A stretch of 64,000 nt of DNA from Ignavibacteriota bacterium (GTDB lineage: Bacteria > Bacteroidota > Ignavibacteria > UBA10030 > UBA6906). The stretch lies in assembly GCA_963801355.1 (NCBI GenBank), contig CAWDEM010000008.1, positions 1,472,001 to 1,536,000 of the forward strand, written 5' to 3'. The position numbers were made by a program, and so were the translations under genes. The first letter of the stretch is position 1. Every line of letters starts with the position of its first letter. Of the stretch, positions 32,548 through 42,293 are shown piece by piece. Under the pieces are notes generated by a model. It saw only the letters and a program-made list of their open reading frames with translations. It was not told where the DNA came from and ran no database searches.

Positions 32548-34965
32548 TCACTCCAGAGCTTCGTCATACAGGAGAATATCCTCATCGTTCTCATTCTGTT
32601 GCGTCCCGAACCGATAAGTCACACTCAGCACGAAGACACGTGAATCGCGTATTCCATAGGAATGTTGTACAAGCTCAGGAGATTCCAGATAAAGCTCGTG
32701 GCGCATCGTTTGAAAAAGATCGGCGACAGTCAGCGTCGTGGTCAGTCTTCGATTGAAGAGATCTTGCCGAACACCAATATTCACCGCGCCCGTCGGGTCA
32801 TAACTGCCCTGAGGTGTTAGCCGGGCGGAACGGTAGTTGCCATTCAGCTGGATTCTGGTGCTGGAGCCAATGTCGACATTGCATGACAGAGTGCCGCTCC
32901 ACGACCACACTGAACGCGTCGACCCATAGCCCAGGTTTCCGGCATCGATCATGTTGTGAAAGCCATTCCAGCTTGCGGTGAGGGAAAAAAGGTCCCGGAT
33001 CCCTCCCGAAAACACCACTTCCACGCCGGCCGAACGATCCTCGGCAAGGTTTTCTTCGATAGTGACCAGCGTTGAATCGTTCAGCGGCTGCACCACCGAC
33101 GTGAACCGGTTACTAGTGTATCGATAGTAGAGGCTTGGAACCACACTGAACAGCTCGTGCTCCATCTTGCAGCCGATCTCGTACGAATTGATGTATTCCG
33201 GAAGGAGGCGGGGATTGCCGACCGTGACGTTCCGGGGGTCGCGGTACTCTGGAAAGGGATTCAGTTCATCAGCATGCGGCCGGTGTGTTCGCCGGCTATA
33301 GTTGAGCTGAAGTTCGAGGGCGGGCAGGACACGATACAACAGGTGGAGACTCGGGTAGAGCGCCGCATAGTTGCTGACCGCCTCGGTCCCCAGCGTGACA
33401 AGATTTGAAGTCCGGTACACCTGCTCGCCGCGCAATCCTCCCATCACACTGACCGGTCCGAACGCGCTACGGAATGTTGCGTACAATGCATGGAGCGACT
33501 GATCATGAAGAAAACGATGTGTCATGGAGAGATCTAGGACATAGGTTCTCCCCTCACCACCGAAGGATTCCGCGGCAGCGTCGCAATCAAATCCCGTGAT
33601 CTCAGCCGTGTATCCGGCCTCCAATTGCGACTCCTCTCCGAACGGTCTGACATATTCTGCAGTTAACTCAGTGGAACGCTGGACCTGCATGTTCGTCACC
33701 TTCTCTCCCTCAGTCGGCATTCCCAGACCCGCGAAATAGGTCTTTGCAAGGGTTTGCTCCTCTTCACGCTCCTGCGAACTCTGCAATTCAAACCGGATCT
33801 CATGGCGCTTATCAGGGAACTTGTGCTCCACCGCCAAGCGCAGGCCCACCTCTTCTTCGGAGCTCTCTTCTCCCGTTGCGCGTTCGGAAAACGCGGCTGC
33901 GCCGCTGTCCTCCCGTACGATCGTTGTGAGATCATCCATCGTCATCCGATTTGAAAAATAGTCTCCAGAGAGTGAGGCGGTCGTGCCTGAATTGAACTCG
34001 TGCTCGATGCCGAGTGTGCCCATGTGCGAGCGGGGGTTCGCCGATGCGCTTCCCTCCTGGCGGTATGTGCTCGTGACCGCCGTTCCCGGATCCAAAATAC
34101 GCATATCTGAATTAAACCTGTTCCGGATATCACGACGGAGACTGTAGCCGCAGAAGAGGTTGGTCTCCGCGGGCCGGACATTGAACCGGAAATTTCCACC
34201 GTGGCGGGCATCCTTCCCGACGTTTGCAGACAAAGAGCCATTTACACCTTTGTCTGCGTCTTTCTTCAGTTCAATGTTGATTATTCCGGCTGTCCCATCG
34301 GGACGATACCGGGCCGAGGGGTTTGTAATCACTTCAATCCGCTCAATGGTGTTGGCAGGCATCTGCTGGATGACCTCCGCGCGGTTTCGCCCCATCAATG
34401 GAGAATTCTTACCGTTGATGAGGATGAGCACGTCAGGCGAACCGCGGAGAGAAACATTTCCTTCGAGATCAACCTCCACCGAAGGAATATTCCTCAAGAG
34501 ATCGCTCGCTGAACCGGACACAGCAGCTATATCTTTATCCACATTGTACACCTTGCGGTCGATGTCCTGAATGATGAGCGATTTCTCTCCCGTCGTGACT
34601 ACTTCGTTCAAACTGACTGGCTTCTCTGTTAGCTCGACTGTGCCGATATCGAGGGATTGGAGCTGCGGCTCCAGGCGAATATGTGAGAGGATCCTCTGGT
34701 CATAGCTGAGGAGGCTGAACCGGAGGAAATAACTGCCGATGGAGATTCCCGCTATTGAAAACCTGCCGCTCCTCCCGGTAGTGGCCCCTGTCACCAAAGA
34801 GCTATCGGATGCGCGACACAGGTAGACATTTACAGATTCAAGGGATTTCCTAGTTATCGCGTCCACCACCTTACCGCTGATCTCCTGGGCAACAACTGCA
34901 GTAGAACACAACAACAAGCATGAGATCGTGTATATACCCGTGACCTGCCTCATTGAAACTGCCAC
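32548..34965 (-). CDS. TonB-dependent receptor (outer-membrane beta-barrel family)
   Basis: DRKVYNV, LLRNIPSVEVD, IERIEVITNPSARY.PDGTAGIINI, GNPRLLPE, terminal YRFG. Confidence 0.9.
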   Translation of the reverse strand: MAVSMRQVTGIYTISCLLLCSTAVVAQEISGKVVDAITRKSLESVNVYLCRASDSSLVTGATTGRSGRFSIAGISIGSYFLRFSLLSYDQRILSHIRLEPQLQSLDIGTVELTEKPVSLNEVVTTGEKSLIIQDIDRKVYNVDKDIAAVSGSASDLLRNIPSVEVDLEGNVSLRGSPDVLILINGKNSPLMGRNRAEVIQQMPANTIERIEVITNPSARYRPDGTAGIINIELKKDADKGVNGSLSANVGKDARHGGNFRFNVRPAETNLFCGYSLRRDIRNRFNSDMRILDPGTAVTSTYRQEGSASANPRSHMGTLGIEHEFNSGTTASLSGDYFSNRMTMDDLTTIVREDSGAAAFSERATGEESSEEEVGLRLAVEHKFPDKRHEIRFELQSSQEREEEQTLAKTYFAGLGMPTEGEKVTNMQVQRSTELTAEYVRPFGEESQLEAGYTAEITGFDCDAAAESFGGEGRTYVLDLSMTHRFLHDQSLHALYATFRSAFGPVSVMGGLRGEQVYRTSNLVTLGTEAVSNYAALYPSLHLLYRVLPALELQLNYSRRTHRPHADELNPFPEYRDPRNVTVGNPRLLPEYINSYEIGCKMEHELFSVVPSLYYRYTSNRFTSVVQPLNDSTLVTIEENLAEDRSAGVEVVFSGGIRDLFSLTASWNGFHNMIDAGNLGYGSTRSVWSWSGTLSCNVDIGSSTRIQLNGNYRSARLTPQGSYDPTGAVNIGVRQDLFNRRLTTTLTVADLFQTMRHELYLESPELVQHSYGIRDSRVFVLSVTYRFGTQQNENDEDILLYDEALE

Positions 34966-35030
34966 CTTTCCTTTCCGAGTCTTTCCATTGGAATGGACAA
35001 CTCCGTACTACCTCCAGTCCCCTCTACTAC

Positions 35031-35176
35031 GGCCAACCACGGTCTCGGGGTGACCTGCCGCCAGCCCCCGGATAGGGTTCACCCCAGTTTGGTCAGGCTT
35101 GCGCATTCCCACGGGAAGTCTTCTCACTGAAGGAAGCTTCTCAGGCAAAGCGAGTCTCGAAGGAACGCGATTGGCC
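35031..35176 (-). ncRNA. Candidate cis-regulatory structured RNA in the leader of the transporter cluster
   Basis: On the minus strand an 11-bp closing stem GGCCAATCGCG/CGTGGTTGGCC encloses GGGGTGAACC/GGTCACCCC and TTCC-cgtg-GGAA hairpins. Confidence 0.5.
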
Positions 35177-35243
35177 GAGAACAGACTCATCAAAAACGTT
35201 GATCAGCCGCGGGGCTGGCATTCGTCCCGCCGTGAGCGTCGGA

Positions 35244-35570
35244 TCAATCAGCGTGAACAGGAGGATGGAAGATCGATGATGCCAGAACGGGTGGACAGAG
35301 GAACTGAATATCGGCAAATGCTGCCGCAGGCGGGTCCGGACCACAGAGGGATGATGAAGAAACAATGGCGACGTAGTCACCGGACCCAGAATCGCAATGC
35401 CCGGAATTACTGTTGGAGCTAACGCCGTGCGGGAGCGAGTGGATATCTGAACACAGAGGACACTGCCCATCAAGCGTCGCCGACACCGGCAGGAATACCA
35501 GACACCAGGTGAGCAACAGTGCGATGATGATGGACTTGTTCGTGAACAACCTCAGTCTAGACTTGCTCAT
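35244..35570 (-). CDS. Small DUF2946-like leader protein (108 aa)
   Basis: Basic N-terminus, hydrophobic helix, CPLC, His/Cys-rich linker, near-terminal SIFHPP. Confidence 0.6.
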   Translation of the reverse strand: MSKSRLRLFTNKSIIIALLLTWCLVFLPVSATLDGQCPLCSDIHSLPHGVSSNSNSGHCDSGSGDYVAIVSSSSLCGPDPPAAAFADIQFLCPPVLASSIFHPPVHAD

Positions 35571-35640
35571 ATGCAAATGTAGGAAAAACGGAGACTGCAA
35601 ACAAGTGCGAATACCGCGTGAGGGGGACTCTTTCCATCGG

Positions 35641-38556
35641 TCACGCCACCTGTTTGTAGTAATGGTGATGCAGTCCACCCAGAACGGCACTCCGGCAAAT
35701 CGCACCACCCTTCTTCTCTTGCTCACCAGGCTTCGGGATCTGTTGCCGGATTCCCTGATGTGGCCGCTGGCTATTGTAGAAAGCGACGTACTCCTCAAGA
35801 ATCGTCTCGATCTGATCTCGGCCAGTAAGCAGAAAATTGTCCAGCTCTTCTCTTCTCAACGACCCGAAGAACCGCTTCATAATACTGTTCATGTTCGGCG
35901 CTTCCACGCCTGTTCTCACCGATACCAGATTGTAGGCCAGAAAGTCGATATTGAACATCAACGCATTGTCGTGGATCAGATAGACTTTGCTGGCAATGCC
36001 TTCGCTGAACAGCATCAACTGCTGACGGACGAATTCCCTTGTAGGATTCTCAGTCAGGGCAAACCGCACGATCTCGCGTGTCTTGTGTGAGATGATTGCG
36101 AAGAAATATATTCGCTTGCCCAGCATGGTGTCGACGGTTACGAGTCGAGTAGCGCGGGGGGATCTCACCCCCACGCCCTCACAGATCCGGACGTGAGACT
36201 CGCGCCTCATCCGGCTCTTACCCTCCAGCCTCCGGCCTAATGCCGAGTTGCCACAGGACAAACAACTGCGGGTCCCGTAGCGCGATACGTCCCAACCAGT
36301 ACATGGGCGCACGCGCTCGGCGTCTAAACCGTTTGAATTTCCATCGCGCCCATTGGGCGAGGGCCTTATTGATATGGCGGAGAACTTGAACACACTGAGA
36401 CCGGTAGAACCGGCCATAGTAGTTCATCCATCCACGCACCACCGGGTTGATAAGCCGCGCAAGGTCCTCCAATCGCTGGTTGTTTCTGGTGGAGGCCAGC
36501 CGCCACTCGCGGATGGTCTTGCGGATCGCTCTGGCTGACTTGGTGCTAATCGCCGGAAGAAAACCCACAAAGTGTTTCCCCCAGCGATCCTTCGCCCGTC
36601 GAGGTTGGAAGGTGTACCCCAGAAAGTCGAACTTGATATGTTCATACTCCCCACGGCGGTCGTCATCTTTGCAGTAAACGATCTGAGTCTTCGTTGGATG
36701 AAGCTCCAGACCGCACTGCTCAAATCGGACCCGGATGGCTTCCCGCACCGCCTTGGCCTGGGATTCGCTCCTGCAGTGGACAAGACCATCGTCCGCATAC
36801 CGCTCGAACCCGACAGCGGGATATGTCCGCTGCATCCAGGCATCGAACGCGTAATGCAGGAAGAGATTCGCTAGCAGCGGGCTGACGACCCCACCTTGCG
36901 GTGTGCCTCGCGTCCGTTGCTCCAGGCTCCCGTCCGGTCGCTGCACAGGGGCACGAAGCCACCGCCCAACGTACAGGCGAACCCACGGAAGGTCGGTGTG
37001 GTGGGCCACGGCGCGCTCAACCAGAGCATGATCCAGACTGTCAAAGAACGCTGTGATGTCCAGATCAATGACCCAGTCAGTGCCCCAGCAACGCTTTCTC
37101 GCCATCCCTACCGCACCGAGCGCAGACTTGCCGGGACGATAGCCATAGGAGTCCTCATGGAACACCGGTTCCACTAACGGCTCCAGGACCATCTTGACGA
37201 CCGTCTGTGCCACCCGATCCGATATTGTCGGTATGCCAAGTGGGCGCTTGCCCCCGTTATCCTTCGGTATCTCGACGAGCCGCACAGGTGACGGGAAATA
37301 CGAGCCCGACGACATCCGATTCCAGATCTTGTACAAATTATCCTTCAGATCCTTCTCGAATGCTGTCAGTGTCTCGCCATCCACGCCCCCTGCACCACAG
37401 TTCGCCTTCACCCGTTGGTAGGCTTCCCACACAAGTTGCTTTGGAATGCTGTATGGCTTGGCCTTAGTCACTGGCTCCTCTCCCGCTTCGCGGGATTGAC
37501 CAATCTCTAAAACCGGAGAGTCGGGCTCCTTTGCTCGGCCCGCATTACCAGGCGTCTTCGCTCGTACGAGCCCGTCCGTCCCTGTGCCTCGCTTCGGTAC
37601 TCTCATCCTAATGGGTCTGCCACTTGGATTTCTCCCTTAACATCAAGGCTACAGGTTCCCATGTTCCGCACAAAAGCCTATGCTCACGCTCGCGCCGTCT
37701 TCATGCCGGCCACCGCTCGGGCAGTCAGTAGGCATCTCCCGAACTTCATCCCGGACCATGGACTGGAGTCCGGTTTCGATGGCGTCCTTACGCTTTCGAC
37801 ACCTCATCAACGGTTCACTTTCGTTCGCCTTCGTGAGCTTCACCTGATCCCGTCAAGCGGGACCTTTTGCCGTAACGCTCACCACCTCGACCCTTAGATC
37901 AAAGCAGCTTACGGTGGTTTGGGCCCTGATCCTACAATCCGAGCCCGAGGGGCCTGCCCTCATCTTTTGTGCAGCAAGGCTGCGTTTAGGTGACCACGTT
38001 CAGTCTCCTTCCCGCGCCGTCATGGCGCACAGTCCATTGCGTAGATCGATTGAATCTGTGCTGTTAGGAACTTCTTCCAGGTTAGTGACCTCCGAATCTT
38101 GCCTCTCCGCCTGAAGGCCTGAAGAATCTTCCGAATGGTCTTTGTGCTCAGAGAGATATCCAGCTTCAACAGTTCGCCCTGAATTCTCTTCGCGCCCCAG
38201 AGCAAGTTGTCGTTCTTCATGCACAAGATCAAGTTCTTAATATTGGCATCGACAGACTTGCGACCCCGCTTGGTCGGAGAGTGCTTGAATGTCCAGAACT
38301 GCTTGATCAGGGTCCGTTGCCAGGAGAGCACCGTTTCCGGTTTAATCAGGGTAAGCCGGTGCTTGATGTCAGCTGCTCCGTTCAGGACGACGAGGAACAA
38401 CTTGTCGTAGACGTCGAATTGAACCCTCCTCTTCCCGAGCCTCCGCAACAGGATCTCGTTTTCCTTCTTGAGCAAACCGATCTCAGAGATGATTGTCCTT
38501 TTTGACCGGAAGACGTGAAAGAAGAGGCGCAGTAGAATGGAAAAGAAGGCTACCAT
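35641..38556 (-). CDS. DDE transposase in two exons (38556-38031 and 36143-35641)
   Basis: Joining the exons gives ...SIYAMD-F-VTVDTMLGKRIY...LIHDN...GGLHHHY, in frame. Confidence 0.85.
36144..38030 (-). mobile_element. Group II intron (1887 nt)
   Basis: 5' end GTGCG at 38030; domain V GAGCCGGATGAGGCGCGAGTCTCACGTCCGGATC; domain VI ending CTACTCGAC at 36144. Confidence 0.93.
36218..37471 (-). CDS. ltrA: Group II intron reverse transcriptase/maturase (no endonuclease domain)
   Basis: RPLGIPTISDR, GTPQGGVVSPLLAN, RYADD, FDFLGY, GWMNYYG; likely GTG start at 37471 after GAGGAG. Confidence 0.93.
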   Translation of the reverse strand: MTKAKPYSIPKQLVWEAYQRVKANCGAGGVDGETLTAFEKDLKDNLYKIWNRMSSGSYFPSPVRLVEIPKDNGGKRPLGIPTISDRVAQTVVKMVLEPLVEPVFHEDSYGYRPGKSALGAVGMARKRCWGTDWVIDLDITAFFDSLDHALVERAVAHHTDLPWVRLYVGRWLRAPVQRPDGSLEQRTRGTPQGGVVSPLLANLFLHYAFDAWMQRTYPAVGFERYADDGLVHCRSESQAKAVREAIRVRFEQCGLELHPTKTQIVYCKDDDRRGEYEHIKFDFLGYTFQPRRAKDRWGKHFVGFLPAISTKSARAIRKTIREWRLASTRNNQRLEDLARLINPVVRGWMNYYGRFYRSQCVQVLRHINKALAQWARWKFKRFRRRARAPMYWLGRIALRDPQLFVLWQLGIRPEAGG

Positions 38557-38732
38557 GTCGGCACTGGAAGTGGGGAAAATGCTTTCCAGAGTGAAATATC
38601 GGCACTTCAGAGGTCAGATGGAATAAGTCCCCCCCACGCCCGAACGCCCATCCCAAGCTCGAAGAATTGGAGCGGGTCCCCTACAAAACACAAACCGCAC
38701 TCCGTTCTGGAGTGCGGTTGCGCAATGTGGGA

Positions 38733-38743
38733 GTAGCGGGGGC
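38733..38743 (-). repeat. Copy of tRNA-Met 3' end (putative att site 3) with adjacent hairpin
   Basis: GTAGCGGGGGC, preceded by the AACCGCACTCC/GGAGTGCGGTT hairpin; same layout as the hairpin beside the real tRNA. Confidence 0.6.
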
Positions 38744-39080
38744 CCGAACTTTTGACTCTGCGAAACTCTACAGATCATTTTTGAAGAAGGTGTAGAGGTT
38801 CTCATGTGAGGATCTGTTACAGCCCAATCGTCCTATGCACGAGGACACCAGTCTAAGGTGTGCAAGCCATCGCCTCACCGCGATCAATCTCGGAAGGTGT
38901 TTGTTCGACCACGGGCTGACCCCACGATGACACGGGGCTCATAGGGCCGGTCGGATAGTGACAAGGAACAGGCCGTACACGATGTGCGAGGCATGCCTAC
39001 TATCTTTGCCCCCACCACTCCCAAGAATACCCTAAATTCGGTATGGCGTCTATTGCGGAAAACCGTATATTCAGCGGTGT

Positions 39081-42000
39081 ATGTCCTCTTCAAGATCCAA
39101 AATCCTGCTGGTCTCGTTTCTTTCGACACTCGCAGTGGCGCCGGCCGTTTTCTGTGCCAACGAGCGTGAAATCAGATTTGAACACCTCACAGTTGAACAG
39201 GGCCTGCCAAGTAATACTGTTTTCGGCATTTTGCAGGACAGCAGAGGATTCATGTGGTTTGGAACCGGGGATGCTGGGTTGTGCAAATTCGATGGCTACA
39301 GCTTTACCGTGTACAAATATGACCCCCTCGATTCAAACTCAATCCCTGCCAATAATATCAATCAAATCTATGAAGACGATTCGGGTACGCTCTGGCTTTT
39401 CGGTTGTGTAAGGTTTGAGAGAGCAACTGGAAAGTTCACGTCTTACAAGGACCTGGAGGCGTATCCTTCTTCTGCCTATGCGACTTATACACGCCCTCCG
39501 CATATGCATGAAGATATGTCTGGCGCACTCTGGTTTGCGTCCCAGGGCCTCAATAAGTTCGACCGGACAAGTGGGACGTTCACCCGGTATAGCCTGAGCA
39601 ATGATACTCTCTACGCCATCTGCGGGGATCCCGATGATGGGAGAATTTTCTGGATCGGAACCGCTCGCGGACTTGATAGATTTGACAGAGAAAACGGAAC
39701 TTTCGCGCATTATGACCATGGCTCCAGAAATGTGGTCAATACGATTCATGGAGATAAATTCGGCTTTTTGTGGATTGGCACTGACGAGGGATTATACAAA
39801 TTCAATAAAGTAACCGGAGCGTTTTCATACTATCCAATTGGCAAGAAAATTTTTGGAAGTCTCGAGAGGACTAACGTCGGCTTAATCTATGAGGACAACA
39901 GGGGTTTACTCTGGATCAGCACTGAAGCCGGGTTATTCAGATTCAACCGGGCAACCCGAACGTTCAAAGAGTATAAGAATGACGATGCTTCTGCGCGTTC
40001 TGAAGGCAGACAGGTGATGGCAATTCTTGAGGATAGAAGCGGCGAGCTCTGGGTCGGAATGTTAGGCGGAGGAGTCGCGAAATATGATCGTCCCAAAGAC
40101 AAGTTCTCTTTCTATGTCAACGATCCCAAGGACCCTCATAGCTTGAGCAATAACGATGTCACTAGAATTTATGAGGATAGCTCAGGAACGCTGTGGATCG
40201 GGACGTGGTGGGGCGGCCTTAACAAAGTCGATAGAGCACGGAAGGCTTTCACCCACTGTACACTAGAACCTGCCGATCCGAAGAGCTTGAGTGATAAAAT
40301 TGTCACTGGTCTCGTGGAGGACAGGTCGGGCGTGCTCTGGGTGGGGACAATGGGTGGCCTGAACAGGTTCAACAGAGAAACCGAGACATTTACGCACTAC
40401 ATGAATAATCCTAACAACCCCCAGAGCCTGGGTAGCAACGTTATCCGGTGCGTGCTCGCAGACAGCAAGGGCACGATCTGGGTTGGAACCTTGGGGCGCG
40501 GCCTCGACAGACTTGATCCCGTCAAGAGCGGCGGGACAGGCCAGGGAAAAGAGAGATTCAAACACTATACTCATGATGCGGGGAATCCCAACAGCCTGGG
40601 CAGTAACTACATTCTGTCACTCTTTGAAGATACGTCAGGCAGACTTTGGATTGGGACCCGTGATGAGGGGCTTGATGAATTTGATAGGAACTCTGGGAAA
40701 TTCATCCATTACAAACATGACCCCAAGGACCCCAACTCATTGGGCTGGAACTGGGTGAATGCCATCTATGAGGACAAGTCGGGCGCACTATGGGTTGGCA
40801 CCGCAACCGTGAACGCACTTAATAAGCTTGACAGAGCCACAGGAAAATTCACGCGTTACTGCTGCGACCCAAAGGACATCAAGAGCTTGAGTTTCTACAG
40901 TGTCCATTCAATCTATGAAGACAGTAGGGGTACGCTCTGGATTGGCACTGCCTCCGGTCTCAATAGGTTTGACCGGTCAACTGAAACGTTTACACACTTC
41001 ACAACAAAAGACGGCATTGCGAGCGACTTCATTGGGGCAATACTGGAAGACGACAGCGGATGCCTTTGGTTGAAAACCCTTAAGGGTGTGTCGAAGTTTA
41101 ACCCGCGCACGGGCACCTTCAGGAACTACGATGCGAGTGACGGTGTAAATATCAATCCGAGCTGGGGGAAAGCTTCTTATAAGACCAGGAATGGAGAAAT
41201 GTATTTTGGCGGGACCAACGGCTTTGTCCGCTTTCATCCGGACAGCATTAGAGATAATCCCAATGTGCCGCCGATTGTGATCACCAAGTTCCTCATATCC
41301 GACACGCTTGCCACGCTCGACACGGCTATTACTGAGAAGAAAGGGATCACACTTTCGCATGCCGAAGATGCCTTCGGGTTTGAATTTGCGTCGCTCAACT
41401 ACACGAACCCCGCGAAAAATCAATACGCCTATAAGCTTGACGGCTTCGACAAAGACTGGGTCAAATGCGGTACACGACGCTACGCCTCGTACACGCATCT
41501 TGATCCCGGTGCATATGTCTTCACCGTGAAGGGGTCGAACAACGACGGGAAATGGAACGAAGCCGGAACGTCGATCTCCGTTATCATACGGCCGCCGTAC
41601 TGGCAGACGTGGTGGTTCCGTTCTCTAGTGGCGATTGTAGTCCTCGCCCTGGTCGCACTTGCCTACAATTATCGTGTGGCAAGACTCCTGGAGATGGAGC
41701 GACTGCGAGTGCGCATTTCAACAGACCTGCACGATGAGATCGGCAGTAATCTGAGTGCGATTGCACTACAGAGTGACCTGGTGCGGTCTGGTGTCAGCAT
41801 GGGAGACAAAGGCAATGACCGGCTCATGGAGATCAGCAGGTCGGCGCGTCAGATGGCAAACGACTTGCGGGACATCGTTTGGACGATCAATCCGGGGCTT
41901 GATCGTTTGAACGACATGGTGGATCGGATGAGGACCATTGCCTCCACAATGCTGGGAGGGATATCGTATACATTCCAGGGCCAAGCCGGGACTGCGACCG

Positions 42001-42293
42001 ACAGGCTTGATATGGAATTCAGGAGGAATATTCTGCTGATGTACAAAGAGGTCCTGCACAATATTCAGAAACATGCCCGCGCAACCCAGGTTCGCATACT
42101 GATCAACGAGGATCCGGGTCATTTTGCCATCACGATTGAAGATAATGGAGTCGGGTTTGATACTGCACTTCCCAGCTCCGGCAATGGGCTAAGCAACCTC
42201 AAAAGCCGCGCTTCCTCCATGGGGGCAACACTCGAGATTGTCTCTGCCCCCGAACGGGGAACCCAGGTGAAGATTGCGGTGAGGCTGCCTTGA
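39081..42293 (+). CDS. Sensor histidine kinase with periplasmic beta-propeller, Y_Y_Y domain and HisKA_3 kinase
   Basis: Many IYEDxSGxLWIGT repeats; YAYKLDGFD..W; PPYWQTWWF plus transmembrane helix; DLHDEIGSNLS; EDNGVGF, GNGL. Confidence 0.93.
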   Translation: MSSSRSKILLVSFLSTLAVAPAVFCANEREIRFEHLTVEQGLPSNTVFGILQDSRGFMWFGTGDAGLCKFDGYSFTVYKYDPLDSNSIPANNINQIYEDDSGTLWLFGCVRFERATGKFTSYKDLEAYPSSAYATYTRPPHMHEDMSGALWFASQGLNKFDRTSGTFTRYSLSNDTLYAICGDPDDGRIFWIGTARGLDRFDRENGTFAHYDHGSRNVVNTIHGDKFGFLWIGTDEGLYKFNKVTGAFSYYPIGKKIFGSLERTNVGLIYEDNRGLLWISTEAGLFRFNRATRTFKEYKNDDASARSEGRQVMAILEDRSGELWVGMLGGGVAKYDRPKDKFSFYVNDPKDPHSLSNNDVTRIYEDSSGTLWIGTWWGGLNKVDRARKAFTHCTLEPADPKSLSDKIVTGLVEDRSGVLWVGTMGGLNRFNRETETFTHYMNNPNNPQSLGSNVIRCVLADSKGTIWVGTLGRGLDRLDPVKSGGTGQGKERFKHYTHDAGNPNSLGSNYILSLFEDTSGRLWIGTRDEGLDEFDRNSGKFIHYKHDPKDPNSLGWNWVNAIYEDKSGALWVGTATVNALNKLDRATGKFTRYCCDPKDIKSLSFYSVHSIYEDSRGTLWIGTASGLNRFDRSTETFTHFTTKDGIASDFIGAILEDDSGCLWLKTLKGVSKFNPRTGTFRNYDASDGVNINPSWGKASYKTRNGEMYFGGTNGFVRFHPDSIRDNPNVPPIVITKFLISDTLATLDTAITEKKGITLSHAEDAFGFEFASLNYTNPAKNQYAYKLDGFDKDWVKCGTRRYASYTHLDPGAYVFTVKGSNNDGKWNEAGTSISVIIRPPYWQTWWFRSLVAIVVLALVALAYNYRVARLLEMERLRVRISTDLHDEIGSNLSAIALQSDLVRSGVSMGDKGNDRLMEISRSARQMANDLRDIVWTINPGLDRLNDMVDRMRTIASTMLGGISYTFQGQAGTATDRLDMEFRRNILLMYKEVLHNIQKHARATQVRILINEDPGHFAITIEDNGVGFDTALPSSGNGLSNLKSRASSMGATLEIVSAPERGTQVKIAVRLP

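Larger units (their letters stand above)
35616..38639 (-). mobile_element. Integrase-core IS carrying a group II intron
   Basis: 23-bp inverted repeat GCGTGAGGGGGACTCTTTCCATC (35616-35638) versus 38617-38639, three mismatches. Confidence 0.8.

Noticed and set aside
35124-35150. Glycine-riboswitch-like string CACTGAAGGA...TCTCAGGCAAA on the + strand
   Set aside because: No GGAGA/P1 context or P3 arm, and it is antisense to the flanking genes.
36218-37606. Reverse transcriptase as a retron, DGR or defence RT
   Set aside because: Clear group II intron termini, domains V/VI and a maturase domain explain it.
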